Below are positions 61,178-64,000 of a DNA stretch of 64,000 bases, in pieces. Below the pieces are notes generated by a model. It searched no databases and was not told where the DNA came from. It was given only the letters and a program-made list of their open reading frames with translations. The position numbers and the translations under genes are program-made. Every line of letters starts with the position of its first letter. The first letter of the stretch is position 1. The stretch spans positions 3,224,001 through 3,288,000 of the forward strand of contig CATNEN010000011.1 in NCBI GenBank assembly GCA_950097015.1, read 5' to 3'. The stretch is from Macrostomum hystrix (lineage: Eukaryota > Animalia > Platyhelminthes).

Positions 61178-61451
61178 TGCAACATTAATTAATTTATTTA
61201 TTAAATGATATCACGTGTGTTTTAGGTCTAAAGAACCTAGAAAATTGCGAACCGGTTTACATAGTTTATAGTCGTTATTTATTATTTATTAGAAAACATT
61301 TTTTTGCTTGAAGAAAGCTTTCCTTAATTATGAAGTCAAATAAATTGATTAAATATCTCTTTGTTATAACCATTTTAGTCTTGTTTTTTGGAGTATAGTA
61401 ATGTATTTATGCTCTTTGCTCAATCGTAGCTTTATCCCATTAGATTATCTC

Positions 61452-61503
61452 AGTGTGCTCAGGAGTCAGCGAAATGGGCAGGATTGCCTCCTCGCTGGCT
61501 GCA
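61452..61503 (+). mobile_element. SINE family B fragment
   Basis: GTGTGCTCAGGAGTCAGCGAAATGGGCAGGATTGCCTCCTCGCTGGCTGC matches the reverse complement of about 20140..20195. Confidence 0.6.
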
Positions 61504-61859
61504 GGACGAGTGTTACCTTATTGTGTGCCACTGCCCGCAGCCCTCCTGCAAGTATTTGTGTTTACTATATGATAGCTAGACCTGAAATACACCTGATGTA
61601 CAGATATTGCTCTGATTTTCTAAAAACTATGTACAACTTTTCAGTCCGTGGACTTTTGGTTTGGGTCCTCAGCCAATGCTGATACGTACTCTACTGCTGT
61701 TAGTTTATTGAAGCAATTATTAATTAAGTAATTTAGTAATTAACTATTCGGCTACAACCAAACTTTTATTTCATTAAACGATTCATAGTTTTAATATATT
61801 CACTTTTAATTTCAGAAATTCAAAAATCTAGATAAAAAGAGAACGCACACACTAACACA

Positions 61860-63685
61860 ATGTTGAGCCGCGTTCTCATGCTCAGCCTAGTTGCTCTAGC
61901 TGCTCAAGCATTGTCAAGCGACCCTAGTCCCATAGCAGCCAGTTCTCAAACGTCAGCAACAGCTCAGCCGCTTTGGTGCCTATGCAACGATCACACACAC
62001 TGTCAGAATCCGCCAATAAATTTGAGAATACCAACTGCTTCTAATAACAGCATTGATGATAATCAAACGATAGCTAGCAATAGCTTATTATTGAATCCTT
62101 TGTTAGTTTGCGAAGCTCGGGGTTTGAGACCATTCTGCTACGCTTCGAAGCATCGAATAGACAGCAGTCGAGTTATTGTACAATACGGCTGCCTAGCTAG
62201 GGAGAGTAACGTGCTGCAGTGTATTGGCACGTCGGCTAGTTTGCATCACGTGCCGAAAGCCTTGGAGTGTTGCAACAGTAGTCAGTTGTGCAATCTGCTG
62301 TTGAAACCGCAGCTGCCAATGTCAACCCAAACTTCGTCATCATCAGCTGATCTATCGTCTTCTCCTTCTTCGTCGGGAGATAATCAGCAGACTCCATCGT
62401 CCACTCTGACTCTGATTGCTCTGGTATCAGTGAGTACAGTATTCGGTCTAGTGCTCATCATTGCCGCCGTGTACTTCATCGCTAAAAGATTATTAAATAA
62501 AGGTGGTTTGCGCGGTAGGGGCGGGAAATCCCTGCCACCAAGAGACGCGCTTGAGTTGAGACCCCTTGGCTTTGATCAGCACACTGTCACCACTCCGCTG
62601 ACCAATGTGGATAGTCAGCAGGAGCCGATGACGCAGAGTTTGTGCAGTCCGCAGTGCGTCGACTTCAGCAGCGGCAGCGGCAGCGGCGTGCCTAAAATTG
62701 TACAGAGAACCATCGCCAAGGAGGTGGGGCTTATTCAGAATATTTTCAGTTTCATTTTGTCACAGAATTTCTGAAGGATTTTCTCACACAGTCACACACC
62801 AAGCTCAGTTTATCTCACATTTCTCACCCACCAAGCTCAGTTTATCTCACACTTTCTCACCCACCAAGCTCAGTTTATCTCAAATTTTCTCACCCAACAA
62901 GCTCAGTTTATCTCAAATTTTCTCACCCAACAAGCTCAGTTTATCTCACATTTTCTCACCCTCCAAGCTCAGTTTATCTCACATTTCTCACCCACCAAGC
63001 TCAGTTTATCTCACACTTTCTCACCCACCAAGCTCAGTTTATCTCAAATTTTCTCACCCAACAAGCTCAGTTTATCTCAAATTTTCTCACCCAACAAGCT
63101 CAGTTTATCTCAAATTTTCTCACCCAACAAGCTCAGTTTATCTCAAATTTTCTTACACAGCCACACACTAATTTCAGCTTTTCTCACATTTATTCTCACC
63201 CAATTCGTCTCCCAGGTGTCCCACCTACACGCTGTCGGTCGTGGCCGCTTCGGCGAGGTTTGGCGCGGCGAATGGCGTCACGAAGACGTAGCCGTGAAGG
63301 TGTTTTATTCCACAGAGGAGGCTAGCTGGGCCAGGGAGTCATCAATCTATGAGCAGTGCCTCATGCGGCATGAGAACATCCTGGCATTCTTGGCCTCAGA
63401 TATTAGCGGCACAGGCGGTTGGACTCAAATGGTGCTCATCACCGAATATCATCCCTTGGGATCTTTGCACGATTTTTTAAGCCAACAGCCGATGCTAACG
63501 CTCAACGACACTTTGCGCTTGATTTTCTCGGCCGCCAAAGGCGTGGCATTTTTGCACACCGAAATCTGTGGCAATCCCGGCAAGCCCGCCCTAGCACATC
63601 GCGACATAAAGAGTAGAAATATTCTGCTCAAGTCTGGCGGAGTCTGCTGCATCGCCGATCTGGGATTGGCTGTGCGATATTCCAG
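61860..63685 (+). CDS. TGF-beta family type I receptor kinase, BMPR1/thickveins-like, 5' partial; join(61860..62723,63216..63685), continues beyond the window
   Basis: Signal peptide, Cys box [12 protein letters not shown] helix, GS box [27 protein letters not shown] and HRDIKSRN. The L45-loop region [12 protein letters not shown] resembles BMPR1 (ADIKGTGSWTQ) rather than ALK2 or ALK5. Confidence 0.9.
62790..63170. repeat. 33-bp minisatellite in receptor intron 1
   Basis: Unit CAAATTTTCTCACCCAACAAGCTCAGTTTATCT. Confidence 0.9.
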
Positions 63686-63744
63686 GTGAGTGACTGTCGA
63701 TTCTTCTGCTGCCAACTGCTTCGGTTTTTCCCGACTCTTTTATG

Positions 63745-64000
63745 GGAGTTTTGAGGATTTTGTTCCCAGCTCTGACAGAGAGGGAGTTCTGAGGATTTTA
63801 TTACCAACTCTCACAGAGAGGGAGTTTTGAGGATTTTGTTCCCAGCTCACTCAGAGAGGGAGTATTGAGGATTTTATTCCCAACTCTGACAGAGAGGGAG
63901 TTCTGAGGATTTTATTACCAACTCTGACAAAGAGGGAGTTTTGAGGATTTTATTCCCAACTCTGACAGAGAGGGAGTACTGAGGATTTTATTCCCAACTC
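63745..64000. repeat. 38-bp minisatellite in receptor intron 2
   Basis: Unit AGGGAGTTCTGAGGATTTTATTACCAACTCTGACAGAG. Confidence 0.88.

Overview
This is eukaryotic (animal) genomic DNA, not prokaryotic. GC-rich spliced coding exons sit in AT-rich sequence packed with minisatellites, tRNA-derived SINEs and MITEs. The style suggests a free-living flatworm such as Macrostomum, but that is an unverified inference. Genes I can reconstruct with GT-AG introns: a tetraspanin; three betaine-homocysteine S-methyltransferase (BHMT) paralogs surrounding one dimethylglycine dehydrogenase (DMGDH); a sarcoplasmic Ca-binding (SCP)-like EF-hand protein and a divergently transcribed unknown ORF; a synaptotagmin-like TM-C2-C2 protein; a secreted PAN + C-type lectin protein; citrate synthase; an ES1/GATD3-like protein; and the 5' part of a BMP type I receptor. 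The main finding is a betaine-catabolism gene cluster (BHMT<- ->DMGDH <-BHMT <-BHMT) whose head-to-head pair matches the human DMGDH/BHMT2 arrangement. The catalytic core of the three BHMTs is homogenised, apparently by gene conversion across an intron presence/absence difference. Exon 1, which carries substrate-pocket residues, has diverged. All three BHMT upstream regions carry a Rel/NFAT5-like TGGAAWWTTCCT site. Exon boundaries, repeat periods and difference counts were read by eye and are approximate where stated.
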